A DNA stretch of 63,284 bases, filler included, from Eubacteriales bacterium (GTDB lineage: Bacteria; Bacillota; Clostridia; Oscillospirales; CAG-382): assembly GCA_045636665.1 (NCBI GenBank). It is 9 parts of 9 records of this genome, joined end to end, with 100 filler letters (N's around TTAATTAATTAA, not from the genome) between each part and the next. Parts side by side here need not be neighbours in the genome. Positions count along the whole stretch, not along the records: positions 11,158 to 33,929 come from JAZTXY010000113.1; 8 more parts are not named here. One strand, 5' to 3'. This document shows, piece after piece, positions 18,762 through 29,241 of this stretch. The notes below the pieces were generated by a model, which ran no database searches, had not been told where the DNA came from, and was given only the letters and a program-made list of their open reading frames with translations. Each line of letters opens with the position of its first letter. Positions within the stretch are counted from its first letter, which is position 1. A program made the translations under genes and the position numbers.

Positions 18762-20282
18762 TTATTTAAATGCTTCGAGAGTTGTTTCAAGATCGGCTTC
18801 AACAATGGGGGTAATCGATTCGAGTGTCGAAGCGAAGGTTTGGTTACCGCTGAATGCGATACCGTTCATAAACGTACCGATAGAATTGGTGGTGTCGCCC
18901 CAAGCATAGATAACGCCGAGGTCGTAAACTCTGCCGTCGAAAATCTTGTCGAGCATTGCTTCGCTTTCGTTATCCTGAATCTTACGGAGCTTAAGAATTA
19001 CTTCAAAGTATGCGTTCTTGGTGGTTTTTGTGGAAGCTTCGCACATTGCCTGCATGATTATCGAAGACATTTCGGCATCGGGTGCGGAAGCGGGGATAGC
19101 AACACTCGTCGCATAAAGAGTAGATACGAAGGAGTGGTGATTTTCTTGAGCTTCGTTGTATTTGGGAACGGGGAGAATACCGAAGTTACAATTGTAGTTA
19201 CCGAGGTCTATAATATCGATGATAGCCATTGCTCTGAAGAGCGCAAGCTTGTTAGCAACCGATTCGGTAGCAGCATCCCAGCAAGAACCGATTCCCGACA
19301 TCGAGGAGGTGTAATAGGTACCGGTGGTATCGTCGATTTTGCCGGTTGCCTGAGTATCGTTAACGAGCTCGAAAATCTTGTTGAAGATGGGGAAAGCGGT
19401 TTCCGCTTCATCCATAATTTGGATATAAGGAATATCGTCATCGTCTTTACCGGTGAGCGAGTGACCCGAGCCGACGTACATAGATGTAACAAAGTTGTTG
19501 TTAATAAGGAAACCGTATTTGTCTGTGCAAGACATACCTGCGGTGCCATCGATATCTGCGGTTACCTTTTTAGCCATTTCCTGAAGCTTGTCGATGGTCC
19601 ATTTTCCTTCGTTAACGAGGGTATAAGGATCTTCGAGATTGTACTCGCTGATCATATCCTTGTTGAAAACAAGTGCGTGTGTGCAAGCCAAGGTGAGCAA
19701 GCTGATATCGCCGGTTGCAAAATAGTTCTTGTTGTTGATAGAAAGCGATTCAACCGCATTCTGGTCCCAACAGGGATTACTTAAATCAACGTAGGGATAA
19801 TCGTTAAGGAGATAAAATGCATCTTCCAAAGCGAGCGTTGCTGCATCGGGAATGAAAGGCATAACAAGGTCGTAGTCGGGAAGGTTAGACTGAACAGCTG
19901 TACGGATAAGCTGTATCATGGTTTGAGTGCTGTCGGTACGAACTTCGTTGATAACAACGCCGAATCTGTCTTCGACCAATTCGTTACGCTTTTTAACTTC
20001 GTCGTTAAGAAGCTCGGGCGAAGTTTCCTGAGGCATAATTTCACAGGATTTGTAAGTGCTGAAAGTATCGCCGGGAACAAGGAAGGTGACGACTTTTCCG
20101 CCGTAATCCTTTTCGGGAAGACCTTCAAAAAGCTCTCTTTCGGTAGAAACCGCGTTTGAGCTGTCGCTGTTTTCGGTATTGCCGGAAACCGAAGACTCGG
20201 TAACCTCTGTACAAGCAACTGCCGAAACTAACGCAAAACATAGAATGAGCAACAATGCGGTGATGCGAATGATTTTTTTCAT
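18762..20282 (-). CDS. Extracellular solute-binding lipoprotein (same family as 5950..7449)
   Basis: Lipobox AVAC; LSNPCWDQNA, GKWTIDKL, FGILPVPKY, DNESEAMLDKI; start MKKII with GGAGG RBS. Confidence 0.85.
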   Translation of the reverse strand: MKKIIRITALLLILCFALVSAVACTEVTESSVSGNTENSDSSNAVSTERELFEGLPEKDYGGKVVTFLVPGDTFSTYKSCEIMPQETSPELLNDEVKKRNELVEDRFGVVINEVRTDSTQTMIQLIRTAVQSNLPDYDLVMPFIPDAATLALEDAFYLLNDYPYVDLSNPCWDQNAVESLSINNKNYFATGDISLLTLACTHALVFNKDMISEYNLEDPYTLVNEGKWTIDKLQEMAKKVTADIDGTAGMSCTDKYGFLINNNFVTSMYVGSGHSLTGKDDDDIPYIQIMDEAETAFPIFNKIFELVNDTQATGKIDDTTGTYYTSSMSGIGSCWDAATESVANKLALFRAMAIIDIIDLGNYNCNFGILPVPKYNEAQENHHSFVSTLYATSVAIPASAPDAEMSSIIMQAMCEASTKTTKNAYFEVILKLRKIQDNESEAMLDKIFDGRVYDLGVIYAWGDTTNSIGTFMNGIAFSGNQTFASTLESITPIVEADLETTLEAFK

Positions 20283-20443
20283 AGCTTCCTCCATAATAGA
20301 TGTTTGCAGTTATTCTGATGAAGATTGTACCAAAATTTTTCATTTTCGTCAAGATTATTTTGCTATTTATTTTGACATTTGTATATATTTGTGTTATACT
20401 AACGATGAGTAATTGTGTAAACCGATTTCGGAGTGTAATAAAT

Positions 20444-21460
20444 ATGTTTGAAAAATCAATCCCTGATCTTTCGATCGACTTCGTTTTAAAGCTTTTCGGA
20501 ACTTTGGACGGTAATATCGAAAATATCGAAAACGCTTTTTCTGTATCCGTCGTTTCACGCGAGGGCGTGATAAAAATTTCGGGTGAAAGCTCTAACGACG
20601 TTAATATGGCGGCATCTTGTATAGAACAGCTCGAGCGTGTAAGCCGCACGTCGGAAAGCATTGATGAAAATACGATAAATTACGTCATCACAATGGTGCG
20701 CGAGGAAAAAGAAGGCGAACTCGGCACTATTTATAACGATTGCATCTGTCTTACAAACAAAGGTAAGCCCATAAAGGCGAAAACCGTCGGACAGCAAAAG
20801 TACGTTGATGCTATTAATGCAAATACAATAGTGTTCGGCGTAGGTCCTGCGGGTACCGGTAAAACCTTTCTCGCCGTTGCAATGGCAGTCAACGCGTTGA
20901 AGAAAAAGCAGGTTTCAAAAATAGTTTTGACACGTCCTGCGGTTGAAGCGGGCGAAAAGCTCGGCTTCTTGCCGGGTGACCTTCAAAGTAAGATTGACCC
21001 TTATCTCCGTCCGCTTTACGATGCGCTGAATGAAATGCTCGGCAACGAAAGCTTCCATAATTGCGGTGAAAAGGGAATTATCGAAATCGTGCCGCTTGCT
21101 TATATGCGCGGCAGAACGCTTGACGATGCTTTTATCATTCTTGACGAAGCGCAAAACACAACGCCCGAGCAGATGAAAATGTTCCTTACCCGTCTTGGAA
21201 ACAACAGTAAAGCGGTTGTTACTGGCGATATCACTCAGGTCGACCTTCCGTTCCTTCGCAAAAGCGGTCTTGTAGACGCCTTGGAAATACTTGAAGATAT
21301 CAAGGGCATTTGCATTTTCAAATTCACTCATAAGGACGTTGTCCGCCATCCGTTGGTTCAAAAAATAATCCTTGCTTACGAAAAACGCAACCGTGAGCAA
21401 ATGCAAAAAAAGGACGACCGTCCTAAACGCGAATCCTTCAGAAGGAGACCTAAGGAATGA
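20444..21460 (+). CDS. phoH: PhoH-family ATPase (YbeZ/PhoH-like)
   Basis: GPAGTGKT, RPAVEAGEKLGFLPGD, LAYMRGRTL, LDEAQN, DVVRHPLV; start reassigned to 20444. Confidence 0.95.
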   Translation: MFEKSIPDLSIDFVLKLFGTLDGNIENIENAFSVSVVSREGVIKISGESSNDVNMAASCIEQLERVSRTSESIDENTINYVITMVREEKEGELGTIYNDCICLTNKGKPIKAKTVGQQKYVDAINANTIVFGVGPAGTGKTFLAVAMAVNALKKKQVSKIVLTRPAVEAGEKLGFLPGDLQSKIDPYLRPLYDALNEMLGNESFHNCGEKGIIEIVPLAYMRGRTLDDAFIILDEAQNTTPEQMKMFLTRLGNNSKAVVTGDITQVDLPFLRKSGLVDALEILEDIKGICIFKFTHKDVVRHPLVQKIILAYEKRNREQMQKKDDRPKRESFRRRPKE

Positions 21461-21903
21461 TAAAAATATATTTCGACGTGGTGACCGAGCCGATTCCAAA
21501 GCTCTATGAAACGCTTATGAAACGGGTTATTCGTACAGCAGTTTCCGAAGCGTATCCCGAACACCGCTTTGAGGTAAACGTCACTGTTTGCGATGATGAA
21601 GAAATACGCGAAATCAACAAAGAGCACCGCGGAATCGACCGCGCGACCGACGTTCTTTCGTTTCCGTTTCTCGATTTCGAAACACCCGAAACACTTACGC
21701 TTCTCGGCGATATAATCATTTCAAGGGATACCGCATACCGTCAAGCGGAAGAATACGGACATTCCCCCAAAAGAGAATTTTGCTTCCTTGCCGCCCATTC
21801 GGCATTACACCTTCTCGGTTACGACCACGAAACTGATGAGGAAAGGGAAGTTATGGAAGCAAAGCAACGTGAAATACTTGATAAACTCGGCATTAAGAGG
21901 TAA
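21457..21903 (+). CDS. ybeY: rRNA maturation RNase YbeY
   Basis: ATDVLSFP, LGDIIIS, HSALHLLGYDH. Confidence 0.95.
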   Translation: MIKIYFDVVTEPIPKLYETLMKRVIRTAVSEAYPEHRFEVNVTVCDDEEIREINKEHRGIDRATDVLSFPFLDFETPETLTLLGDIIISRDTAYRQAEEYGHSPKREFCFLAAHSALHLLGYDHETDEEREVMEAKQREILDKLGIKR

Positions 21904-21905
21904 TT

Positions 21906-22796
21906 ATGACTAAAACAGCATTTATAATGATCGCAGGTAAACCCAACGTCGGCAAAAGCACCCTGCTTAACACCCTCCTTGGCGAAAAGATAGCAATCGT
22001 TTCGCGCAAGCCCCAAACCACGCGCAACCGTATCACGGGCGTACTTACAAAGGGTGAAAATCAATATGTTTTCACCGATACTCCCGGTCTTCATAAGCCC
22101 AAAACATTGCTTGGCGAATATATGATGAAATCGGTCGGTAACGTTGCCGATTCTTCGGATATTGTTCTTTTTGTGGTTGAAGCGGGCACAGAGCTTAATC
22201 CCAACGAGGTATCCGCTCTTGATAAATACAGTGCGTCGGGAATGGAGGTAATTCTTGTTATCAACAAAACCGACCGCGCAAACAAAATTAAATTGGCTGA
22301 ACAGATAATGGAGCTTTCAAACCGTTATAACTTCCGTGCGGTCATTCCCGTTTCCGCACTTTCGGGCGACGGTGTTCAATATATTCTCGACGAGCTCGAT
22401 CCGCTTCTTGTCGAAAGCGTGCATTTCTTCCCCGAGGATTATATTACCGACCAACCCGAAAGAAAGATATTTGCAGAGCTTATCCGCGAAAAGGTTTTGC
22501 GCCTTCTTGACGATGAAATACCCCACGGTGTCGCCGTTTCGGTTGAATCCTTTACCGAAAAGAAGGGGCTTCTTTCGGTACGCGCCGAAATCTATTGTGA
22601 GCGCGAATCGCATAAGCGCATCATCATCGGTAAGAACGGCTCGATGCTTAAAAAAATCGGTTCTTACGCACGCGAGGATGCCGAAGCACTTTTTGAAACC
22701 AAGGTCTTTCTCGATTTGTGGGTTAAGGTTAAAGAAAATTGGCGCGACCGTCCTTCCTTCCTTTCGGATTTCGGCTTTAAGGACGAGCTTGAATAA
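21906..22796 (+). CDS. era: GTPase Era
   Basis: GKPNVGKSTL, KPQTTRN, DTPG, NKTD, KH domain IIIGKNGSMLKKIG. Confidence 0.97.
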   Translation: MTKTAFIMIAGKPNVGKSTLLNTLLGEKIAIVSRKPQTTRNRITGVLTKGENQYVFTDTPGLHKPKTLLGEYMMKSVGNVADSSDIVLFVVEAGTELNPNEVSALDKYSASGMEVILVINKTDRANKIKLAEQIMELSNRYNFRAVIPVSALSGDGVQYILDELDPLLVESVHFFPEDYITDQPERKIFAELIREKVLRLLDDEIPHGVAVSVESFTEKKGLLSVRAEIYCERESHKRIIIGKNGSMLKKIGSYAREDAEALFETKVFLDLWVKVKENWRDRPSFLSDFGFKDELE

Positions 22797-23548
22797 TGCG
22801 TCATAAAATCAAAGGAATCGTTTTGCGCGAAGCGCCGAAGGGTGAAACGAGCAAGCTTTTAACGGTTCTTTCGTCAAACCTCGGCGTAATAACCGTAAAT
22901 GCAAAGGGCGTCAGAAAACTGTCATCGCCTTATATCAAATCCGCACAGCAATTTGCTTTTTCGGATATGCTTCTTTATGAAAAAAACGGCTTTTATACGC
23001 TTACCGAAGCATCGTTGATTGCGGATTTTTATCCCATTCGCGAGGATATAAAGAGCTATTCGCTCGCTTGTTATTTTTGCGAAGCGGCTTCTGCCTTTGC
23101 TGTCCCCGGAGAGGAATCCGCGAATATTTTAAGACTTCTTTTAAATTCGCTTTATGCTCTCGAAAACAAAATTTCAAATAACCATCTATTAAAATCGGCA
23201 TTTGAGCTTCGTTTATGCGCCGAGTGCGGCTTTATGCCCGAAACCGAAAATTGTGACGTTTGCGGCAATGCGCTTACGGCAGAAAATTCGATGTTTCATT
23301 TAACCGAAGGCGTTTCGCACTGTAAAAGCTGCGCGAGCGGCAGTCTCGGCTATGTGCAAATAACCCCTGCCGTTTCGAAAGCGATCACCCATATTACACA
23401 AAGCGAGCTTTCGCGATTTCTTTCGTTCCGCATAAGCGAATATGACGAAGCGATCCTTTCGGATACCGCAGAAAGGTTTTTACTTATGCGTGCCGAAAGA
23501 GGGTTCAAAACACTTTCCTTTTATAAACATTGCGAGGAACTTCCATGA
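22796..23548 (+). CDS. recO: DNA repair protein RecO
   Basis: GIVLRE..GETSKLL..AKGVRK; Zn finger CDVC...CKSC; conserved position after era. Confidence 0.92.
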   Translation: MRHKIKGIVLREAPKGETSKLLTVLSSNLGVITVNAKGVRKLSSPYIKSAQQFAFSDMLLYEKNGFYTLTEASLIADFYPIREDIKSYSLACYFCEAASAFAVPGEESANILRLLLNSLYALENKISNNHLLKSAFELRLCAECGFMPETENCDVCGNALTAENSMFHLTEGVSHCKSCASGSLGYVQITPAVSKAITHITQSELSRFLSFRISEYDEAILSDTAERFLLMRAERGFKTLSFYKHCEELP

Positions 23549-25926
23549 AAGGCTTCACAAAAGCAAAAACAATACTTGAATACGATAAAATAATTAATTA
23601 CGTGTCAACCTTTGCGACAACCACGCCTGCAAAGGAGTTGGTTTCCCAAACGGTTCCCGAAACCGACAAGGTGAAAATTTCGCGTTTGCTTGACGAAACC
23701 GAGCAGGCACTTGAATTACTTGTTGTTAAAGGTAAACCCACCTTTTCCGCACCCGAAGGCGTTGTCGATTCTGCCGACCGTGCCGAAAAGGGCGCAATGC
23801 TCACCTTGCTTGAATTACTTAATATCGCATCGATGCTCCGCGCCGTCGGATATGTAAAAAGGTATCCCGAGGGAAGAGAGATCCCTGCGCTTTATCCTTA
23901 TTTTTCAACGCTTACCGAATCAAAAGCTTTGGCTGAAGAAATATCGATGAAGATAATCGGCGAGGATATGATTGCCGATGACGCATCGCCCGAGCTTTAC
24001 CGTATCCGCCGTGAAATTCGCCGCGCCGAGGAAAACGTGCGCGAAATATTGTCGCGTCTGACCACGGGCGAAAATTCAAAATACCTACGCGATGCGGTCG
24101 TAACGATAAGATCGGGAAGGTATGTAATTCCCGTACGCGCCGAGCATAAGAATGAAATAAAAGGCCTTGTACACGATTCGTCTGCATCGGGACAAACCTT
24201 GTTTATCGAACCGATGGCGGTTTTGGAAGCAAACAACAAGCTTCGCGAATTAAAGGGCAGAGAATCCGAGGAAATCGAAAAGATTCTTTACGATCTTTCC
24301 TCGAAGGTTGCATCTATCGCAAACCTCATCCGTGTTGACTTCAAGGCGATGATCGACCTTGATGCAATATTTGCGCGCGCTTCTTATTCGTCGGAAATCT
24401 TCGGCATCCGTCCGAAAACCGACGCACCCGTTATCCGCCTTATCCGTGCGCGTCACCCGTTAATACCGCGCAGTAAGGTAGTCCCCATTTCCGTTGAATT
24501 CGGAGAAAAGGATAACGCTCTTATCATCACGGGTCCCAATACGGGCGGTAAAACCGTAACGCTTAAAACGCTCGGTCTCCTTTCGATGATGGCGCAAAGC
24601 GGCTTGTATATTCCTGCCGATGACGGAAGCGCTTTACCGATATTCAACGGAGTTCTTGCCGATATCGGTGACGAGCAAAGCATCGAGCAATCGCTTTCTA
24701 CGTTTTCATCTCATATGGTGAACGTCGTTTCGATTTTAAAGGAATGCGGCAAGGGCTCGCTCGTGCTTTTTGACGAGCTCGGCGCAGGCACCGACCCGAC
24801 CGAGGGCGCTTCGCTTGCAATCGCAATACTCGAAAGAGTTCGCGCATCGGGGGCAATAGTTGCCGCAACAACGCACTATTCCGAAATCAAGCTTTATGCA
24901 CTTGATACCGAAGGCGTTCTAAACGCCTCTTGCGAATTTGACCTTGCAACGCTAAAGCCCACCTACCGACTTATAACCGGTATTCCGGGAAGAAGTAACG
25001 CTTTTGAAATTTCCTTGCGTTTGGGTATGGACGAATCGGTTATCGAGCGTGCAAAAGAGCTCTTGGCGGAAGACGATATTCGCTTTGAGGACGTAATCGT
25101 CCGTCTTGAAGAAACCGAGCAAAATCTTCGTAAAGAGCGCACCGAATCCGAGCGTGCGCGCGCAGATGCTTTGCGTGTCCGCGAGGAAGCGAGAAAATAC
25201 GCGAGCGAAATACAAGAAAGAGCCGAAGCGGAGCTTGACCGCGCACGCGCTCAGGCGCAACGCATTCTTGATGCCGCAAAACAGTCGAGCAATCAGGTTT
25301 TTGAACAGCTTAACGAGCTGAAAAAGGCCGATGCAAAACGTCTTGAAATGGCAAGAATCGAGGAGGCTCGTAAGGCGATACGCCAGAATATTAAGGACAC
25401 CTCTGCCGCTATTGCCGACGTTGAAGAATTCGAGGTCGATGAAGAAAATTACGTTCTGCCTCGTCCTTTACAGGTCGGCGATAAGGTTCTTCTTGCCGAC
25501 ATAGGCAAGGAAGCGATAGTTAAAAGCATTTCGGGCGACACCGTATTTTGCAATATGGGACGCTTCGAATCGAAAACCAACATTAAAAACATCCGTCTGC
25601 TTGCAAATTCTGCCGCAGTTGAAAAACAAAAAAACAAAGGTCAAGCGCAATATGCCCACAGAACCGCCGCAGTTCGTAATGAAATCGACGTGCGCGGCAA
25701 TACGGGTGACGATGCTTGGTTTATAATCGACCGTTATCTTGAAGAAGCGATAATGGCAGGTCACGAAACTGTGTCGATAATCCACGGTAAGGGTACGGGC
25801 GCATTGCGTGCCGCATTGTGGCAATATTTCCGTCAAGACAAGGCAAGGATTAAAACCTTCCGTTCGGGACGCTACGGCGAGGGTGACCTCGGCGTAACGG
25901 TTCTTGAGCTTAAAATCAAGAAGTAA
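23545..25926 (+). CDS. mutS2: Endonuclease MutS2
   Basis: ITGPNTGGKT, DIGDEQSIEQSLSTFSSH, DELGAGTDP, coiled coil, Smr domain IIHGKGTG. Confidence 0.96.
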   Translation: MKGFTKAKTILEYDKIINYVSTFATTTPAKELVSQTVPETDKVKISRLLDETEQALELLVVKGKPTFSAPEGVVDSADRAEKGAMLTLLELLNIASMLRAVGYVKRYPEGREIPALYPYFSTLTESKALAEEISMKIIGEDMIADDASPELYRIRREIRRAEENVREILSRLTTGENSKYLRDAVVTIRSGRYVIPVRAEHKNEIKGLVHDSSASGQTLFIEPMAVLEANNKLRELKGRESEEIEKILYDLSSKVASIANLIRVDFKAMIDLDAIFARASYSSEIFGIRPKTDAPVIRLIRARHPLIPRSKVVPISVEFGEKDNALIITGPNTGGKTVTLKTLGLLSMMAQSGLYIPADDGSALPIFNGVLADIGDEQSIEQSLSTFSSHMVNVVSILKECGKGSLVLFDELGAGTDPTEGASLAIAILERVRASGAIVAATTHYSEIKLYALDTEGVLNASCEFDLATLKPTYRLITGIPGRSNAFEISLRLGMDESVIERAKELLAEDDIRFEDVIVRLEETEQNLRKERTESERARADALRVREEARKYASEIQERAEAELDRARAQAQRILDAAKQSSNQVFEQLNELKKADAKRLEMARIEEARKAIRQNIKDTSAAIADVEEFEVDEENYVLPRPLQVGDKVLLADIGKEAIVKSISGDTVFCNMGRFESKTNIKNIRLLANSAAVEKQKNKGQAQYAHRTAAVRNEIDVRGNTGDDAWFIIDRYLEEAIMAGHETVSIIHGKGTGALRAALWQYFRQDKARIKTFRSGRYGEGDLGVTVLELKIKK

Positions 25927-25963
25927 AACTGTGCAATATTAAAATTTTTGAAAGGAAAAAAAC

Positions 25964-26794
25964 ATGAGCTCTGCAGATAAAGCGTTTATAGCAACCTGTA
26001 AAGATATTATCGAAAACGGCACACCGGTTTACGATGAGCGCGTACGCCCCCGTTGGGATGACGGAACGCCTGCATATACAATTAAAAAATTCGGCGTTGT
26101 TAACCGTTATGACCTTGAAAAGGAATTTCCGCTTCTCACGATTCGTCCCATTTCTTTTGAAAAGGCGGTTGACGAGATTCTTTGGATATGGCAGAAAAAA
26201 TCAAACAACGTCAATGACCTCAACAGCAAAATTTGGGACGCTTGGGCGGATGAAAACGGCTCTATCGGTAAGGCATACGGCTATCAAATGGGCGTAAAGC
26301 ATAAATACCGCGAAGGCGAATTCGATATGGTCGACCGAGTTCTTTACGACCTCAAGAACAATCCTTGTTCAAGACGTATTATGACAAATATGTATAATTT
26401 CCAAGACCTTTCCGAAATGGCGCTTTATCCTTGCGCTTATTCGATGACCTTTAACGTTGTCGACGGAAAGCTTTGCGCGATTTTGAATCAGCGTTCGCAG
26501 GATATGCTCGCCGCAAACGCTTGGAACGTAGCGCAATATGCCGCGCTTGTTATGATGATTGCTCAGGTTTCGGGCTTAAAGGCAGGGGAATTGGTTCACG
26601 TTATCGCTGATGCGCATATCTATGACCGTCATATTCCCATTGTTAAGGAAATTATCGAACGCGAACAGTTTGATGCGCCCAAGGTAACCTTGGATCCGTC
26701 GATAACCGATTTTTACAGCTTTACACCCGAAAGCTTCAAGGTCGAAAATTATGTTCACGGCGAAAAGATCGGAAGATTCCCGATAGCGGTATAG
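25964..26794 (+). CDS. thyA: Thymidylate synthase
   Basis: IGKAYG, SRR, LYPCAY, QRSQD, HIYDRH. Confidence 0.96.
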   Translation: MSSADKAFIATCKDIIENGTPVYDERVRPRWDDGTPAYTIKKFGVVNRYDLEKEFPLLTIRPISFEKAVDEILWIWQKKSNNVNDLNSKIWDAWADENGSIGKAYGYQMGVKHKYREGEFDMVDRVLYDLKNNPCSRRIMTNMYNFQDLSEMALYPCAYSMTFNVVDGKLCAILNQRSQDMLAANAWNVAQYAALVMMIAQVSGLKAGELVHVIADAHIYDRHIPIVKEIIEREQFDAPKVTLDPSITDFYSFTPESFKVENYVHGEKIGRFPIAV

Positions 26795-26804
26795 GAGTAA
26801 AATT

Positions 26805-27314
26805 ATGAAGCTTGTCGTTGCTGTCGATAAAAATTGGGGCATAGGAAACAAGGGCGGTCTTTTGGCGCACGTTCGCGCCGACCTTCGTTATTTCCAAAGC
26901 TTGACAAAAGGTAACGTTGTTATTTTGGGTTCGAAAACGCTTCAAACGTTTCCGAACGGTATGCCCTTGAAGAATAGGGAAAACATAATCCTTTCAAGAA
27001 GACCCGATTTTTGCCCCGAGGGCGCAACCGTTGTGCATTCGCTTGACGAATTACTTGAGTCGGTAAAAAAATACGATACCGAAACCGTGTTCGTAATCGG
27101 CGGTTCGACCGTCTATGATTTGTTGCTCGACTATTGCGATACTGCATACGTCACCAAATTCGATAAAGAATTAGAAAGCGATGCATTTTTCCGCAATCTC
27201 GATGCTTCACCCGAATGGGAGCTTGTTTCTGTCGGTGAAAAGCAGAAATCAAATCCAGAAACCGATACGGTTCCCGATATGGAATTTGAATTTTGTGTTT
27301 ATAAACGAAAATAG
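26805..27314 (+). CDS. folA: Dihydrofolate reductase
   Basis: VAVDKNWGIG, PLKNRENIILS, FVIGGS; directly after thyA. Confidence 0.94.
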   Translation: MKLVVAVDKNWGIGNKGGLLAHVRADLRYFQSLTKGNVVILGSKTLQTFPNGMPLKNRENIILSRRPDFCPEGATVVHSLDELLESVKKYDTETVFVIGGSTVYDLLLDYCDTAYVTKFDKELESDAFFRNLDASPEWELVSVGEKQKSNPETDTVPDMEFEFCVYKRK

Positions 27315-27315
27315 T

Positions 27316-27777
27316 ATGAAAAACAAGGTTATTATAAGGGAATCGAAGGAATCCGATTCCTTGGCGGTTTATAATTTACTGCGAATTATTGCCGAACTAC
27401 ATAAAAACGGCAGACCCGAAATGTTTCCGAATCTTGTCAGCAAATATAATGTGGAGGAAGTGAAGGAACGCCTTTCGAAAGAAGATAACGGCGTTTTCGT
27501 TGCGGAAATCGATGGAAATACGGTCGGTTACGTTTTCTGCGAGGTAATGCAGGAGGGCTCTGTCCAAACACTTTATATTGATGACCTTTGTGTTGATCCG
27601 TCTTACAGAAGAATGGGCGTCGCAAGGATGCTTATGGACAAGACAAAGGAATATGCAAAACAAAAGAATTGCGCGTTTTTAATGCTTAACGTTTGGGAAT
27701 TTAACGAAAGCGCCGTCGATTTTTATGAAAATTACGGCTTTACCACAAGAACGCGCCATATGGAAATCAAACTTTAG
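27316..27777 (+). CDS. GNAT N-acetyltransferase
   Basis: YIDDLCVDPSYRRMGVA, LNVWEFNESAVDFYE; start reassigned to 27316. Confidence 0.9.
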   Translation: MKNKVIIRESKESDSLAVYNLLRIIAELHKNGRPEMFPNLVSKYNVEEVKERLSKEDNGVFVAEIDGNTVGYVFCEVMQEGSVQTLYIDDLCVDPSYRRMGVARMLMDKTKEYAKQKNCAFLMLNVWEFNESAVDFYENYGFTTRTRHMEIKL

Positions 27778-27797
27778 AAAAAAGTTGGTGTTGAACT

Positions 27798-28214
27798 ATG
27801 AATATAATGCGATTTTTGACTCCAAAGAGTAACGTCGCATATCTCGATTCGTTAGCAACCGTTCGTAACGGTTTCGAAAAAATGACCTTTCACAAATACC
27901 GTGCGATACCCGTTATTTCATCCGACGGTGTATATGTCGGTACGGTTACCGAGGGTGATTTGCTTCGCAGTATGCTTCAAAACGGCGGAAGCGATATGCG
28001 TGAGCACGAAAAGGTATGCATAAAAGACGTTATCCGCGAAGGTTGGAATCCTCCCGTTAACGTCACTTGTACCGTCGACCAATTATTTAACCGCGTTGCC
28101 GAGCAAAATTTTGTTCCCGTAGTTGATGACCGCGGTGTTTTTATCGGCATCGTAACGCGAAAAGCCGTTATTAAGTTTTTAACCGATTTCTATGAAAATA
28201 CAAAAACTTCTTAA
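27798..28214 (+). CDS. CBS-domain protein (YkuL-like)
   Basis: FLTPKSNVAY, AIPVI..GVYVGTVTEGD, FVPVVDDRGVFIGIVTR. Confidence 0.88.
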   Translation: MNIMRFLTPKSNVAYLDSLATVRNGFEKMTFHKYRAIPVISSDGVYVGTVTEGDLLRSMLQNGGSDMREHEKVCIKDVIREGWNPPVNVTCTVDQLFNRVAEQNFVPVVDDRGVFIGIVTRKAVIKFLTDFYENTKTS

Positions 28215-28225
28215 AAGGTGACGTT

Positions 28226-29191
28226 TTGAAAAAGCTGTTTTGTTTTTTGATGACCTTAAACATAATTTTTCTGCTTAACGCTTGCAGCTCCGAGGATATC
28301 GAAGCAACCTCTTCGAATAATGAGGAGGTATCCGAATTAAGTGATATCGTAAAGGAAGAATCAAAAGAAGAATCGATGGAAGCTTCAATCGACCCCACTA
28401 TTAACGCTGCGAAAACAATATCATCGCTCGATTATAAAAACAACGGAAAAATGGGCGATACCGACGGCCCTGCGTTTGCAGTGTATTCCAATAAAGGATA
28501 CAACGGCGCATCTGTCGTTGTTGATATTGCAAACAGCGAGATACAAACAAAGCTCCCCGACGGCAGATTTGTTAACGGCTATATGTTTCTCGGTGTCGAC
28601 GTTTTCGAAGGGGCTTATTGGATAAATTGCTTCGATGCAGGTCTTTGTTGGTCGGGTGTTAACGGCGGTTGGCACGTGTTTTACAACGTTTATGAAACCG
28701 TAAACGAGAACACGCCGAGCTGGTATGAATCTACAAAAATTCTCCCCAAAAACGGCAAATACCGTTTGACCTTAAAGCTTATCGAGGATGAGCGGGCGAT
28801 GCTCACCGTTGAAGGAATTGATAACAATTTTAAGGATTCCGTTAAAATCGAAATCAAGGGCGCTAAAAAGAACGGCTCGAACACAGGAATGCTTTTTAAC
28901 GTTGCGCTCGATTATCCGCCCAACACAAAGGTCGATGAAAAGGGAAGTCCTTGCGACGATTGGACAACCATAACGCTTGCAAATTCCGATAAAGGCCTTT
29001 ATTTCCGCAAGCTTTATGCGACCGAGCTCACGCTTTTCAAATCCGATGTTGCAGAGCCGTGGACCGATAACAAAAATTCCTCGATCGGCTTATGGCCCGA
29101 TAAAAGCATAAGTGGGTTCGATTATTCGCCTACCGAGGTATATTTGTTCGACGGAACAGAATATTACGTTAACCTTGACATGAACAGATAA
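28226..29191 (+). CDS. Hypothetical lipoprotein, predicted all-beta
   Basis: TTG start with AAGGTG RBS, lipobox LNAC, acidic linker, Trp/Gly-rich beta-like core. Confidence 0.7.
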   Translation: MKKLFCFLMTLNIIFLLNACSSEDIEATSSNNEEVSELSDIVKEESKEESMEASIDPTINAAKTISSLDYKNNGKMGDTDGPAFAVYSNKGYNGASVVVDIANSEIQTKLPDGRFVNGYMFLGVDVFEGAYWINCFDAGLCWSGVNGGWHVFYNVYETVNENTPSWYESTKILPKNGKYRLTLKLIEDERAMLTVEGIDNNFKDSVKIEIKGAKKNGSNTGMLFNVALDYPPNTKVDEKGSPCDDWTTITLANSDKGLYFRKLYATELTLFKSDVAEPWTDNKNSSIGLWPDKSISGFDYSPTEVYLFDGTEYYVNLDMNR

Positions 29192-29197
29192 AAAAAG

Positions 29198-29228
29198 AAA
29201 GCCAACGGAATTGTTTCCGTTGGCTTTT
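29198..29228. terminator. Intrinsic terminator at end of phoH operon
   Basis: AAAGCCAACGGAA-TTGT-TTCCGTTGGCTTT. Confidence 0.85.
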
Positions 29229-29241
29229 ATATTGCGTTTAA

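Noticed and set aside
20444..29191. Long phoH-ybeY-era-recO-mutS2-thyA-folA operon
   Set aside because: Ordinary Firmicute housekeeping clusters; nothing unusual beyond juxtaposition
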